Below, in pieces: positions 39,033 to 54,187 of a stretch of DNA of 64,000 nt. The DNA comes from Octopus sinensis (taxonomy: Eukaryota). The stretch spans positions 105,276,001 to 105,340,000 of the forward strand of contig NC_042997.1 of assembly GCF_006345805.1 (NCBI RefSeq), given 5' to 3'. A model generated the notes under the pieces. That model was not told where the DNA came from. It worked only from the letters and a program-made list of their open reading frames with translations, and searched no databases. Numbering within the stretch: position 1 is the stretch's first letter; the number at the start of each line of letters is the position of its first letter. A program made the position numbers and the translations under genes.

Positions 39033-41238
39033 ACACACGCACACAAACACACGATAGATTCATGTATGTATGTATGTATGTATATATGGGAGGCTGGAAA
39101 TGTATTGCTTTTCACGGACTTTCAGAACAGTGGTTACTGGAGTTTCCAGTTACCAAAAATTTTGTTATATTTTTAGATTCCTTGTTCGTACAATTCTTTG
39201 TGCCATAACACATACATGCACGATCAAACACAAACACACACAAAGAAACATACACATATACACGCAAACGCATATACATTTCTCTATGTATTAAATATTT
39301 ATGCGCATGCGTGTGCATGTACGTGTGTGAGCGCGTGCGTATGTTGATTTGAATGTCTACTTATATTTGTATATCTATTTGTGAATGTGTGAGCTAAGTA
39401 TCAACAGACTAAACTACTGAATGGTACTGTGAGCTTATATGCGTGTGTATCCGTGTGTACGTACTTGTGTGTATATGGGGATATCAGGGCCTGTATCTGT
39501 CTGAAAATTAAGCTTTCTTCCGTTTGCATAGTAGGGTCAGTTGAAGAGGAAAGAAGGTAAATGATATGTTTGCTACCTCAGACAGTGCTGATGACAGCCA
39601 AGATAAGGAGTGACATGACAAATCATTGTCCATTTTCATAGCCCTTTTTTGAGATATAACAAACATTTAAAAACTCACAATTTGTATTATACATAAAGCT
39701 TAAATAGTATGAATCAGACACGTTTACATACAGGGACAATTGTTTTTGTACATTTATGATGTATCTTTTAAAATTCTCGAGTAATTAGTAGCGTATGCAC
39801 GAGGTCAAACATGTCGAGTGTTGGCTTCAGCCGTATTAATTGGCTTTATATTTGTCGGCTACTTGTTTTCTCGAGCCAGACTTATAAAAGGCAAACTTGA
39901 TGTCGTAGGAATTTGAACTCATAATGTAGAACAACGCAATAATACAAATTCAAAAACATCTTTTTCTGTAAAACGCTTCAAGCTTTTCTAATTTTGGCAA
40001 AAAGGCCAGCAATTTTTTGAGGAGAGAAAGAAGTCGATTTCTTTGAACCCAGTGATTGACTGTGCTTTATTTTATTGACTTTAAATGTAAAAATGCAAAG
40101 TCGACCTCGGCAACACTTGAACTCATAATACACAGACGGAAGAAATGCCGCTTGAGCATTATGTCCGGTAATTTAAAGAACAAACCATCTTTCCGCTTTT
40201 CCACTTTAATATAATGATTTTGAATTTTGGTACGAGGCCAGTAGATTTTAAGTATAGGTGGAATTGATTACATGGTACTTATTTTATTTGTCTCGAAAGG
40301 AGGAGAGGGGAAGTCGATCGCGGCGGCATTTGAACTTAGACCGTAAAGACGTAAGAAATGCCGCTTAAACATTTTCTCCTACGCAGTAACGAATCTACCA
40401 GCTCGCTATTTTCCAACTATAATATAATAACTTATTTTGTTGACTGTATGAAGCAATGAAAGCAGCAAATTTGCAAAATCGTTAATGCATCAGATTACTT
40501 TACAGTATTTGTATCAACCTACTCTGTTGTGAGCTAGAATCCTGTGAAGGACAACTTCTCATTTCATTCTTTCAGAAGCAGTAAAAAGTAACCATCTCGT
40601 GTATTGTATTGGTGAAACAGTTATACTGTCGGTCCAGGGGCTGGGCAGTAATTTTTGCTTCTATTTTTTCTTTTTTAAAATTTCTTTTGAATGTAAGTTC
40701 CGCCGTCGCCCACTTTGGTGTAGATCTAATCGATCGACCGCTTTCACACCACAGCCTAACACTAAAGAGGCCTTTAGCAGAGTCTACATCGTTGCAAGCA
40801 TTCGGCTCAAGGCTTCGGTAAAGGATAAATTCCTAAAGAGTTCCGAATGCACTGTGAAGAGTAAATGGCACTGCCTTTCCTCCGGGCTAAAACAGAAAAA
40901 AAACCCCCAGAAAATCAGATAAATGATGAGTACATTAATACTTTGTTGGGTGCATAAAATCGTAACTCCATGCATGTACGATATTTTCAGTTAGAAATAT
41001 TTTTACAAAACTGTCGTATTTTTGAAAAATGCTAAACTGTTATACTACACTTTGACAATTTTCATATGTTGGCATCTGAAGCAGCTGGAGATACGATAGA
41101 TTGACCAAAAGAACCGGCAACAATTCATTTTTATGTCAAGTTATGTATAAACATTGTTTAACTTTAAGCAAAATAAAATACTGAAAACAATGCTTTTGGC
41201 CACATATAGACATACAACAGCATATATGTTTATATGCA

Positions 41239-41276
<38 letters not shown>

Positions 41277-41499
41277 AGGTTTGGGAGAGAGAGAACAGAT
41301 AAGGGAAATGATATGAGAGAGTAAGTAGGTACTTATTCCATACATTTTCCGCTATGTGACCATGTTGGTACATCAATATTAACACGTATAAAAACTATAT
41401 ATGTAAATATATATAAATAAATATATATGCGTGTGTATAGTTATGCATACAATGCCGTGTGTGTGGGGGGGGGGGTGTATCTTCGTGTATGTGTATGTA

Positions 41500-41697
41500 T
41501 TCCACCACCGATTGCCAACCAATGTTACTTTGCTTATGTCCCCACAACTTACCGGTTCGGCTATACAAAGAGATAGTATAAGTACCAGCTTTTCAAAGAA
41601 TAATTACTGAGATCTATTTGTTCGAATAAACCCTTCCAGTTAGTGCCCCAGCCTGACCACAGTCCAATAATAGAAACTAGTAAAAGATAAAGATAAA
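41500..41697 (+). mobile_element. SINE family A, decayed 3' half
   Basis: CCGGTTCGGC..GATAGTATAAGTACC..GTGCCCCAGCCTGACCACAGTC and an AAAGAT tail. Confidence 0.7.
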
Positions 41698-43551
41698 ACA
41701 ATTATTGCTTTCGGCTAATATTTTGGAACCTAACGTCAACGTAATAAATCTGTGAACTAGAAGAAAAGAATTAATATCAAATATCTATCCCATTCATTTA
41801 CTGGAAAATTTGATGTTGCATTTAATTGACAAAATATTTAACAGTCATGTACTAAGGCTTAGTTATGTTGACTATATAATCGCGAACAAATATGTAACAC
41901 GATCCAATATAAAAAGAACCGCTACTGTTACTTAAGCTAATACTGATACTAATTCTACTTGCTTTTAAAATTGCCATTGTAATTAGCTTCCAGACACAAA
42001 GATTGTGCAGTAGTAATTAACTGAACTTAGCAAATGAGAATGACAGGGAGAATAATTAATTTTGCGAAATACGGTTTAATTAAACAAACTTTTGAAATGG
42101 CATGCACTATCTCTAACAAACACCTTTTAAGAGTTGAAAAGTGAAGACTGATGACGATTCAATATGACGAGGTGGTACATGGAAACAAAGAAATACATAT
42201 GCAAACATTGTGATGCAAAGAGTGAAAAATATAAAAACAAACAAGAATGTGTGAAGTTTTCTACCTCGATGTTTCTATGTCTCAACCTATGTTCTGACTA
42301 TGATTAAATTTATATCATAATCACAAATGAAAAGAGAGAAGAGTATCGATCTTTCGATTATTTAACACCATTCAAATTAGACGAGGATCTAGTTTCACCT
42401 GATAAACAAAATGTAAATAAAACCACAAGAATAGGATTGTTATACGATGGAATTAACAAAAAACTCGAACAAGCTTTGCTATATAATGCATTCCAGATTT
42501 CATTTCAAATAATCTAATAAGGTTTTCTAACAAGGGTTCGAAGCCATATAATTAAGAAAAATTATAGTCACATAGTTCAACCCCAGCAATTGACTGGTAC
42601 ATCGTCCAACGACGCTAAGGCGTCAAACGTGATGGAATTTCATCTAGATCTTCGAAATTAAAAGGAATGTATGGTATTTATCTCATGTATACACATCGCT
42701 AATCTATTGATTCTACCAGCCAGCAGCCTACTGCTACTAATTCTCCTCCTACTACTAACAATAATAATTATAATGGCCTCTTATTTAGGCACAAGGCCAG
42801 CAGTTTTCAGCTTAAGGTTTAATCAATTCTATCGCCCCGAGATCTTCATTTGTACTTGTCTTTATCGACCCCGAAAGGACAAGAGGAAAAGTTTGCTGCA
42901 TCGGGATTTGTACTCACAAATTAATGAGGAGCCGGAACACATAAACAAGATATTTTTTCCAGAAAAGAAATTATGATCAGAGAAAAACAGAAGAAGAAAA
43001 AAATGTTTCTTAAAATAACAATCGTGATACACGTTAATATCAGCCAATACAAATCGAGGAAATATTTTAATGAAAAGATCAGAAAATAGAGATACCAGAG
43101 AATGGAGTATGAAAACAGTTCTCAGTTTTGCACACACAGACACACACACTCACACACGACTTTGAAATAACTGTTAACTTTAGTAAAAAGTTAATAAGCA
43201 TATCCTCTACTAGAAATATTGGGTAAACCTTCAGTTTAAATTTAAACAATGTTTATACGTAACTTGACATAAAGACGAACTATCCACACACACACATACA
43301 CATCTTCCAATGACGCTATCTCTAGCTCTACCTCTTACATCCGCCACTAAATTCCCCACTTGCTAACCAGACAACCTACTTCACCTCACACTTTATGGTA
43401 TGTGGACAGCTGGGACTACTGGGACTGAGGTGTAAAAGAAATAACGTTTAAGCTAAAAGGGTAGACATTATAACCACCAAATTAAAACGCTAAACTAATG
43501 AAACTTAAACAGCCAACTTTCAGTATCTAATAAAACCATTCTATTACTTAT

Positions 43552-43920
43552 AATCTCTCCAGGTCAAAATTCCTCACTCTACAAAGTCTATTTAAAAGCA
43601 AAAATCCTTATAGACTTACTTTCAGACAAAGGGAGAGAATTTCTGTGTGATAGATAAGAATAGATACGATGAACTGGCGTGCGAACATTTAAGTAACACA
43701 ACATTATACGATAAAGTTAATAACATTACATTTAGCCGGCCCCAAACTACCATAAACGACTACAGGACGAACATCTGTGAATAAAGAAGACACTCGTACA
43801 AGATTACGGGCGACTTCCTCATTTGAAAAAGAATACTTTTCATTTTGTATCAACTCATTAAAACATAAACCGGGACGAAATTTTCAAATTAGACCTATTG
43901 TCTCCAGTATCAACGGCTAA
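43552..43920 (+). pseudogene. Penelope-like element reverse transcriptase fragment
   Basis: Frameshifted pieces NLSRSKFLTLQSL, SDKG, VIDKNRYDELACEHLSNTTLYDKV, YQLIKT and KPGRNFQIRPIVSSING match the PLE RT motifs NLT..AL..L, ADKG..V..D..Y and LPK.HK..RPIVS. Confidence 0.8.
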
Positions 43921-44329
43921 GATAAATTTAAAATCTGTTTAGGTGGCTATTTCTCTGCTAAACAGGGATACATAGATACATAGATATATATAGATAGAAA
44001 CATAGATTGGTATATAAGTATAGATACGTACAAGATAAATTCTGTGTTGTGTAACATTAATAGCAAGTAATAAGGTGAGAGAGAAAGAGAAACAGATAGC
44101 AATGGAGAGGGAAGGAATTGACAGCGAAAAATTTTCAGCGGGAATCGGAAGAAAGTATGAAATTAAAATGAAAATCTTGGTGTATTGGGAGGGGTCAGAA
44201 GCGATAGGTACATGGACAAGAAAAAGCTTCGGATAGAAACGCGTGCAACATATTTTTCGTGTGTATGAATATATGTGTATGTGTGTGTGTGTTTGTGTGT
44301 GCGTATATATATCTACATATATGTATATA

Positions 44330-44375
44330 TCTATCTCTCTATATCTATCTATCTACATATATCTATCTATCTATC

Positions 44376-44461
<86 letters not shown>

Positions 44462-44471
44462 ATATATATAC

Positions 44472-44570
<99 letters not shown>
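44330..44570. repeat. (TATC)n-(TA)n-(GATA)n palindromic microsatellite
   Basis: Read directly from the sequence. Confidence 0.95.
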
Positions 44571-44590
44571 TGTATATATATGTATATATA

Positions 44591-44855
44591 CAGGGGTTGG
44601 ATAAAATAATGGAAACACCTTAAAATTGCAAATAAATTTATTTTAATATGGAGTAGGACCACTTTTGGCGGTAATTGCAGCTTGAACTCTATGAGGTATG
44701 GACTTGTACAAAGTTTGAAATGTTTTCAAAGACATTTTTATTCACTCTTCAGCCAAAACAGTCTCCAGTTCTTGTAGTGATGATGATTGTTTGTCTAATA
44801 TGTACCATAAATGTTCAATATTATTGAGATCTGGGGACTGTGGTGGTCAGATGAA
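44591..44855 (-). mobile_element. Tc1 transposon 3' end
   Basis: TIR CAGGGGTTGGATAAAATAATGGAAACACC; minus strand encodes PPQSPDLNNIEHLW and SSLQELETVLAEE. Confidence 0.88.
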
Positions 44856-46633
44856 CTTTTTGTTTAACGCATTCGGAGGAGTGTGGTCAAACATTCCATC
44901 TCAAACATATTGTTATTTGTACCCAGGTCAACCTTGCTAGATCAGGTTGACATATGGCCAGAGTGATTTCAATGATGACCACATCTCCCACGGACAAGAC
45001 TATCACGATATGAATTATTTTTTATAATTTGTTGCGATTTCTGCCAAGCCAAGTGACCAAGTTGAAGTTATCTAACAGGCTCATATATTTCATTGTACAT
45101 CGGTTAGACTACAATGCTTCAATAATGCAATACATGTATATGCTTTTCCTCTGGGACTTCTAAAGATAGATTTCTTTTATCGTATTTATGATTGAAATTT
45201 GCACCCTTCATCCAAGGCCATTTATTGAGCCACATGGTATTTTAATTATTTTAAGCGTTAAATTGATTCCATGCAAATATTTAACCTGCATGCATGCGAA
45301 CATACTAGCACTGTCATTAGTTCATGTTCTTCCTACGATTTTATATTCCAATTTTCCGGGAGGCATTGCTACTCCACGGTTGTCTCATATCTTAACAGAG
45401 ACGCAATCATTTTTATAGGGAACTAAGTTTCTTAATTTTTGACAGATACCAGTCACTGTATCCAATCTATGCATAAAAAGAACCTGCTTTCAAAAACTAG
45501 AAAATATTAGAATTTCACAAAATAGAATTGTGTGTTCATGTGCTGTATTGAAATGTTTGTACCACGTTGCCCCTCTGACAAACAAAGCACCATTATCATT
45601 TTTATTGTTGTTGCACACAACACTTGTTTTTTCTGTTACTGACGTTCAAACGTTACAACACTTAGTAATTTACCTTTTAATTAAGACGCTAATTATAAAA
45701 CAAGCGAAACATACCATTCTCTGGTATGTTTATCAAGTAGACATCATTCAACATTAATTAACATTGAAACTCATTATCGAGTCGAATGTTCAGAATTTCT
45801 CAGAAAAATGCTAATGACAAAGAAGTAATTAATAATATATGCCGACGTGTTATGTAAATATATGTTCGATCTTCAATGCAATTATTTAGTATAGATTTCA
45901 TTAGCCTTTAACGTAAGGTGCTCAACAAGCTGCAATAATTAACAAACATTAATTGGAAATAAAGCTTTGCTTTTTTTATATTCTCAACCATATGTCCTCG
46001 TCTAAAAAGCCTCATGAAGTTACGGGATCTACACACACAATTACGCACACACACGTATGCATATATTTTATTTACGGTTATTCTTTTGAGAAGAAAGGAA
46101 GCGTTTTATAACAAAGATACACATTCCATCATTGGAGTGGAGTTTGGTTACCCATATCGTTTTTACAGATACCTCTCTGTACTTCTTTGAAGAAACCAAG
46201 TCGACCACTAAACAATTTGCAAGGATTGAATAAAACAAATGCTTCTGGTACTTTTGTAAATATGAGAATGACTTGAAGTTTTCATATAATGAATGTGCAT
46301 GTTATAAATGTATGTATGTATGTATGTATGTATGTATGTATGTATGTGTGATTCATTTCCTTTTAAAAAATGTATGAATATATTCATACCATGAAGTTCA
46401 AACGGGAAAAAAACCCTTTGGATGTAGAGGATACAGGTTGATTTGCATACTGTGATTATTAATTGAGGTAATCAATGAGAAATTGCTACAAGTATGTTTC
46501 TTATTTCTTACCACTTTACTTGGAGGCTCTTGTGTTAAAGTTAGACTTTTTCCTTCTTCGACTGAATTTTATGCCTGCTTTTAATTTGTTACTAGGATGC
46601 ACTGTCTCACTTAGTTAATTTTTATGCAATACT

Positions 46634-47063
46634 TTAATAATAATATAGCTCCAAAATGGCGGCTTCCATTTTAAGCATGGTGTTGTCATCAATGACGGAA
46701 CGTGGTCGTCCAGAAATAGGATCAGTTTCCACCGATGTCCGTCCACATTTGAACTGACGATGCCAGTGCTTGACTATGTTGAATGATGGTGCATCGTCAC
46801 CATAAACTTCTTTCACCTCGTCGAACGTTTCTTTTGGTGTACGACCTCTCAAATACAAGAACCTGATCGCTGATCTGCATTCAACTGCCTTCATTATAAC
46901 ACCTTCGTCCACTTCAGCAGCCGTAAAAGACAAACGAATGCTAGAGGAAATTTGAAATTTATAATGTAACCTGTACAGACATGTATGATTATACATATAT
47001 AAGTTCTATTACCTGAAATAACCGAAAGTTGGTCAGGGGAAATCCTTAATGAACACCACTCAT
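46634..47063 (-). mobile_element. Mariner 5' fragment (third family)
   Basis: TIR TATGAGTGGTGTTCATTAAGGA..CCCTGACC; MKAVECRSAIRFLYLRG..VYGDDAPS..VKHWHRQFKCGRTSVETDPISGRP. Confidence 0.88.
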
Positions 47064-48747
47064 AAGATAACAAGCTGACAGAATCGTTAGCATCTCGGGC
47101 AAAATGCTTAGCGGTATACGCCAGGATCGCGCAGTTAGAAATTTTCTAGGATGTTACAGTCGTTTTCATTGGACAAGCATTTGGTTACATAACAAGCCAA
47201 TTTGTCTGCCGCTCTACCGTTTATAAAATACTTTATGCTGTTTTACTTTTAACAGTGAGTATTATATTTTTATGTACTTGCTACATAGTTATTAGAGAAA
47301 TATAGTTATTAGTAAAACATACATAATCACACGCACACATACACACATATGTATCCATGTGTATATTTGTATATATATATATATATATATCCTTTTCATA
47401 TAATTGTATACATAAGTGCCAGCAATGTAAGAGTAAGTAGCCTAGATGGTAGTAGCCATTAATAAAATAATTTGTCACATAACAAAAAAGGCTTTGTGTG
47501 AAGTATCGACACGTCTAACGCATTAAACAATGAACATATGACAAAACGAAACGATTTAATATTCAGAGTAATAAAGAATATGAAGTATTTTCAGACATGT
47601 CAATTATTTCTGTCTGTCCACCGACACACATTCCTCGGTCTGGAGCCGAAGCACGATAATTCAGTCGTAATGTACGACATGTAATATATTCTGAAATTAT
47701 ATTTATAACATATGCGTTTTATGAAGTTACACTTTAGATATTTATATATTGTAGTTAAAAAGCAGGGAAAAATCTGGCTTCACAATACCAACATATTAAC
47801 CATTTATTCAATTGCATTGATTTCACGCATTTAATCATACCCTTTTCAACTTAATCGTTTAATACTGATTATTCTAGATGGGCAGAAACTGCGTAGTTTC
47901 CCTACCCGGAAGTCTCAACTCTGATATATAAATATAAAACAAATAAAAGAAACTTATTGATATCACATTCCTAACCAATTCTTATTGTTTCAATGACATG
48001 AACTCCAGATAAATCATTCAATATGCTAGAAAAATAGGAACAATTATTCAGTTCATGTAATATTAAATGAAACCCAACTAGCCATTTTATCAGGACTTTC
48101 GATTAATATAATACACATGTACCTGGATAAGCACGGTTATAAACGCAATCAGTGGGAAAAACTTATAACGCCAAAGCAAGAAAGTAACCATATTTGCATG
48201 CTTCGAGAAATACATAGAGTAAAGGATATTTAAACAATATGAAAAGGCGTGTATATTACGAGTTAAAATCGATTGTGACTCAAAGACTAATCAGCTTAGA
48301 CAAGAGCAAAGACGGATAGTGTATTATACTCACTGAGCATGGAGGAATGTATTCAAAATTTCTCACAATAAACAGTGATATTCACTAAAGATGAATGCCA
48401 AGTGTAACATCAAAGAGATGATAAGAGAGAGACAAAAAACAAGGACTGAGAATCTATAAATGCTAGAAGAGGATTATGAAGAATAGAAAGAAAGAAATAA
48501 AGCATGCACAATTAGAGGGTTTCGTTAATGTACTAAGAAATACTAAGTCGAGTCATAATCACAGCACGATGCAATATTATAGTAAAATATAATTAAAATA
48601 TTATGATATATAGAATCAGTAAATATTTATACAAGAAAGCTAAAATTGAAATGGGAATCATTAAGATACACGGATGGATAATATTCTAGGAAACGATCAA
48701 TACCTTAACAAAACATAAAAAGTTTTTGGACTATAAGTATGGAGAGA

Positions 48748-48806
<59 letters not shown>

Positions 48807-50156
48807 GAAACAAATAATAGAAACTGACATAATTGAAAAGCAATTAATACAAAGTTATATCTAATTTTTAAACCTTTGTGTGGTTTATATTATCTAAATG
48901 GAACTGTAAGAAAGTGAGAACAAAAGATTAACAACTCAATAATTTTATTAATTACTCCAAACTTACATCATGGTATTTCAAGTACTTCCATGCAACATGA
49001 ATCACAATTGTTCCACCAAGTTAATATAGAAGTGCTCTCCGTATAATTGACAGCAAAAGAGAGTAAGCAATACTTGTCTATAAAGCCCCAAATGTTCAAG
49101 TAATGTATTACGAAAGTTGCTCCTATAATTGAAAGAATGCATGTGATTAATCCAGTTTGAATTGAAATTTGGCGCTGTCGAACTGATATAGCGGTATTAT
49201 TCATCGGGCATCAGAACTGAACATTTGTATATTGTCTGTTTGGATGCATTAGTTACTCAAACGGCAATTATATCAATCCCTACACATGCACATACAATCA
49301 GGTTTAATGTGGGTGACGAATTATTACTTGTATCTTTACTAAAGCTGTTGCTATGGAGAGTCACCGAAACAAAAGTATATCCATATTGGATCAAGATTTA
49401 TTACTAGTAGTGGAACTAGATACAAATGAACTACTTAAATAATTATATCACGCACATGTTTTAATATTGTTTAATTTCTTAATAATAGTGACTATATCAC
49501 CAGCTATATTAGATATAGTGAAATTATTGAATGGAGCGTATCTTCAATACCTGGAAAGAGACTGCAGGCTTTCGGTGGCCTCCCGAAGTCAGAAATGTGG
49601 TATATGCCATAAACATATATAAACTAGGTGTTCCATTATTATTGCAGTGAGTTAGTCGACCGGCTACAGTTAGCTTTTCTACTACTCTTATAGGTATTGT
49701 CATTGCGATTGTTATTAAACTTAGCGTTTCTATATTTATTCTATTACACATATTAGCTATATGTTTCTTCGGAACACGAGGAATCTGTTATTACTTGCGG
49801 AAGAATGTTTTAAGGGTATTTGGATCTTTTACCTAATTAACCTTAGAGACGCTCCCATTAATATCCGCAATGGGGCCTTATTCCTACACAGGTTTTTCGA
49901 TATTGCTATCGTAATTAAGATATACAGAAGTATTACTCATATGCCCTATGGGAAACAGCTAACCAACACTAGGTGTAGTAACGATTGCGTTATTTGGAAT
50001 GTATTCGGTTTTATCAGTATATCCTGCCTTAGCTATAGGTGTGCTGTAGTAATCGGCAATCTGAGAGAGAATGTCCTGTTTGATGGAGAGACCAGATATT
50101 CTTAGATATTCTAGAGAAAATATAGGTTTCTTTGTTCAAAGATGATTAACATTTTG

Positions 50157-50189
<33 letters not shown>

Positions 50190-52759
50190 AGTTTGTGTGT
50201 GTATGCAGACTGCATATGCTGGATCTTGGTTCATCGACAACGAAGGTTCTATTCAACCAACCGAATTTAGTTCCTTCTACAGGCACGTGTACCTTTACCG
50301 TAATTCTCTGGCAAAATACTGTGACTCAGCGAGTGAAGCTGTACTTTTTATGTTACACATAGAATTCACCCGACAGTTTTCTCTTTGGTTCCTGTCTACT
50401 CCATTTCACCTACAAGGTATATGGATTGCCCAAAGGTTATAGAAAATGAAGCGCCCTAATATCGTGCATAGTGACCTCTTTGTTACGCCCAGACTTTTTA
50501 AGAATATACGCATGTATATTAACAAACACTGAAGGTGATGAAAAATTAAATCTTTGATGAAACTCTGATTAGTCTTCTTTACCAGTTAAATATACTAACA
50601 ACTTTTTTCTAATTGTACTGTCTCTCCAACCCTAATTCTTTATGGTGTATTTATGAATTTTTAAGTTTATCAAAGTTCGGAGCCTTTACACAGAACTAAG
50701 ACCAAAGACGCTCTAGCTATAACTATCTTACTTGTTTTATAGGCATAGTTACACACAACCCAGTGGGTCATGAGTTTAGGAGAATTTTATTACTATTTCT
50801 AGCAAACCGAACAACCACATAGAGGTTTATTTATTCACTCGTGTACGTATGTGTGCAAATTGTATGCATATTTAAACTTACGTGCCCGCCTGTGCATTGA
50901 GAAAGTAAGATGAATAGTGATATATGTGGAAGCCTGGCCAATTTTCACATGATTTCATCTAACATTTTCCATATTTCAAGACGAACACGCCTATATTTGT
51001 TACAAGCAATATTTTCTTACATTTTTTAGTGAAATGTAAACGTGGAAATGTACAGGAAGAGAAGCATTTAAGAACAAATGTCTTAAACGAATAAGTGTGT
51101 AGTTGTAGAAAATTGTGCTCAGAAGGAGAAAAACGTCAAGCAAAACTGCATAAAAAAGCATATATCAATATGATAAAAAATACAGTAAAATATACAAGAA
51201 TACACTATTTCCCTTTTTGATTATATTTAACTTGAATCCCCCAAAGAAAAGAAAAGTAAAATATACATACTTTTATTTATTTTCTATTTATAAAGCACAA
51301 TAACCTTAAGTCTACCCGAATGTTAAAAGTTAATGAATTTGGCATGTGACTTCTACTAAGACAAATAGCTGTACAGATGGGGGGAGAATATATAATATAA
51401 CATGTTTAGCTCCCACAACTTCACCCGTGAAAGACCTTCCGATGAAACGCATTCAGCGATGTTTAATTTGCAGAGAATATGCACAGACCTGAAAACTGGT
51501 TATAATAACATATAAAAATAATAAATACACCCAAATACACTGCGAAAACAAAACTCACTTACATGCATGTATAGTGATGTCACATTTTTTACAGAAATAA
51601 ACATACCTATGCATACATGAATATATATGTCTATGTGCGTGCGTGTGTTCTCTCTGTAATGTTGTATAGTATCAACATTTGTGCTCGTGTCTGGTTTTAC
51701 TTTGCTTTCCTTCTATTTGTTTTATAAATTAGTTTCAATTGGAAAACAACGATAAATGTGCAGGATATTAAAGGAGTCGCTGGAGTGTCGAGCAAAATGT
51801 TATAGGGTGTTTCTTTCGGTCCTTTATATTCTGCGTTCAAATCGCGCTGAGGGTGACTTTGCTTTTTATCCTTCCACATTGACAATATAAGGTACCTCTC
51901 AAATGATGGCCTTTTTACCTATGTAAGTTACTCTACTCATCGTCATTTCAAAGAGGGATACTAATTTAATTCTAGTCAGGACAGCTTTACGCTCAAATCA
52001 GTGAATGTTTTGTTTACTAACTTCTATTTCGAAACGAATATTTTTCGGCTGAGATCAGAATATTCGGGAGTGTTGGTGACTAAGGAGAGCGAACCAAGTC
52101 GAAACACAGTGTCTGACGATCCACAGACGATATTAAGAGAAGGTTTTGGGCTTTTTATTTCTACATCAGTAAATGCATTATATGCGTCATACATACTGTT
52201 ATTATGTGATGAAGTGTACGAATATCTTTGAGATAACTTCACAATAATTTGAGATTTAACGCCTTGTGTTCTAAAAAGAAAATTTTTTAAATGTGTTTGA
52301 TGATGGTAGGAGATTATTGTGCCAATAGAATATTTGGGTGTCCGTGCAGATGAAGAGGTTTTCCTTGGACATTTATATTTCATAGCTATACAAATATTTG
52401 TTTATTAGTTATTCCAGATGGCATGTTAGGGAGGATACGCCTCTAAATAATCTCGATGAAGTGTTTGAAAACCATTACACTGTGTTAAAGAAATACACTG
52501 TAAAATGAAAATGAATACAACTGAGGACGCAGAACAAACAATGCAGCAAAATGAAAGAAATGCTGTGTCTGCTAATGTTGCCAATAAAAGCATCGGTGGC
52601 ACTTTTCTTGACATTGCTAATGTCAGAGGAAAATCACTGATGTAGATCGGTTCTGAAGAAAAAAATGACACATATGCATGAAAAATATACGTTGGCCCAA
52701 CAAGGAGCTGAGGTGACAGGGGGAATGGATGCTTCGCATGCTTTCCCAGACGATAAAAT

Positions 52760-53016
52760 AAAAAAATAAATGCGGCCTTTTAAAGCCTAGCCAAGCTCAT
52801 GGGCCTGGTTTCCCGGTTTCAATGGCGTATGTGTTCCCCAGCAGGACGGGACGCCAGTCCATCGCAGCGTTGTTCATTTTTGCCAGCTGAGTGGACTGGA
52901 GCAACGTGAAATGAAGTGTTTTGCTCAAGAGCACAACGCGTGGCCCGGTCTAGGAATCGAAACCACAATCTTACGATCATGATGCTGACACCCAAACCAC
53001 TAAGCCACGCGCCTCC
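52760..53016 (-). mobile_element. SINE family C (CORE-like), full length
   Basis: Reverse complement GGAGGCGCGTGGCTTAGTGG head, GGTTTCGATTCC B box, CORE-like block, same tail as 22356..22607. Confidence 0.9.
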
Positions 53017-54187
53017 ACTTTTCCTAGATGATACTATCACAGTATATAAGGAAATAAAACACAAGGTCATTATTATAGAAATTGGAAATGATATTGACTT
53101 TTCGTTCCCCGTCAAATATGCGTAACAAATGGGCCGTCTGTATCTTGTCATACGTATCTTCCTGCCGTCTAAGGACAGCATGGAGTATTGTGATGGCTTT
53201 GCCATTACATCAGAAGTTTGCCTCCCATAGTGTGGATCTAACCAATTACTTTCTAGCCATTGTTTTTGTTGTTGCTGCTGATCTCGCTGCTGTTATTATT
53301 GTTGCTGTAACTGTCGCTGTTGTTGTCACTGTTGGTGCCTTTGCTGCTTATGTTGGTGCTCTGGTTATTAAAATGTTGCCCTTTGTACTGTTACCCTTGT
53401 TGTTACCGTTACTATTAATGTTATTGCTGTTCTCGTGCACACACTGCTTTTAGCAGTCACCCTGAGCAGCTGTCATATCAGAACGATGTCTGAGGTACCG
53501 TTCGCTAATGAATTCAGTTGTGTTATGAATAGTTCGTCTTACTACCTTCTCGCTAAAGCTTGTAGTAGGCGTTACTGACGCCATTATTGAAAAAGAGGGT
53601 GAATAATATATCACAAAAGTTGTGACCTTTAGAGCGCAATTTAGTAATCCTCCTCTTCACACAATAAAGTATGTGGCACCCATTCAAATTCTGACAAAAT
53701 TATAATTTAACGAACCTTCAGTAGCGAAAACGACGTACATCTATGAACAATAATAGTATTTATTTCTTTATTAACTACAATGGATGGAAGATATACATAA
53801 GCAGAGCGTATTTCTGTTTCTTTGGATGTACCTATACATACATACATACATACATACATACATACATACATACATACATACATACATACATACATACATA
53901 CATACATACATACATACATACATGCATACATACATACATACATACACACAAATATGACCAAGTACACTCATCTACAGTTATAAAATTCGTGTGTCTGTAT
54001 ATATGTATTTTTGCCAGGTACTTATATGTTTATGGGAGAGAATACGTGTGAAAGAGAATAATAATTAGACATAAAGAGACAGATAGACAGATAGATAAAC
54101 AGGTTTACAAAGCCGCAATTGGAATGAAGATGTTTATGCAGAAATGAGAGGAGAGAAAGAATTTACAAAACAAGTTAGATAAACTAA

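Noticed and set aside
52070-52120. CTAAGGA..GTCGAAACACAGTGTC
   Set aside because: G5 is mutated and stems I and II are mostly unpaired; compatible with chance.
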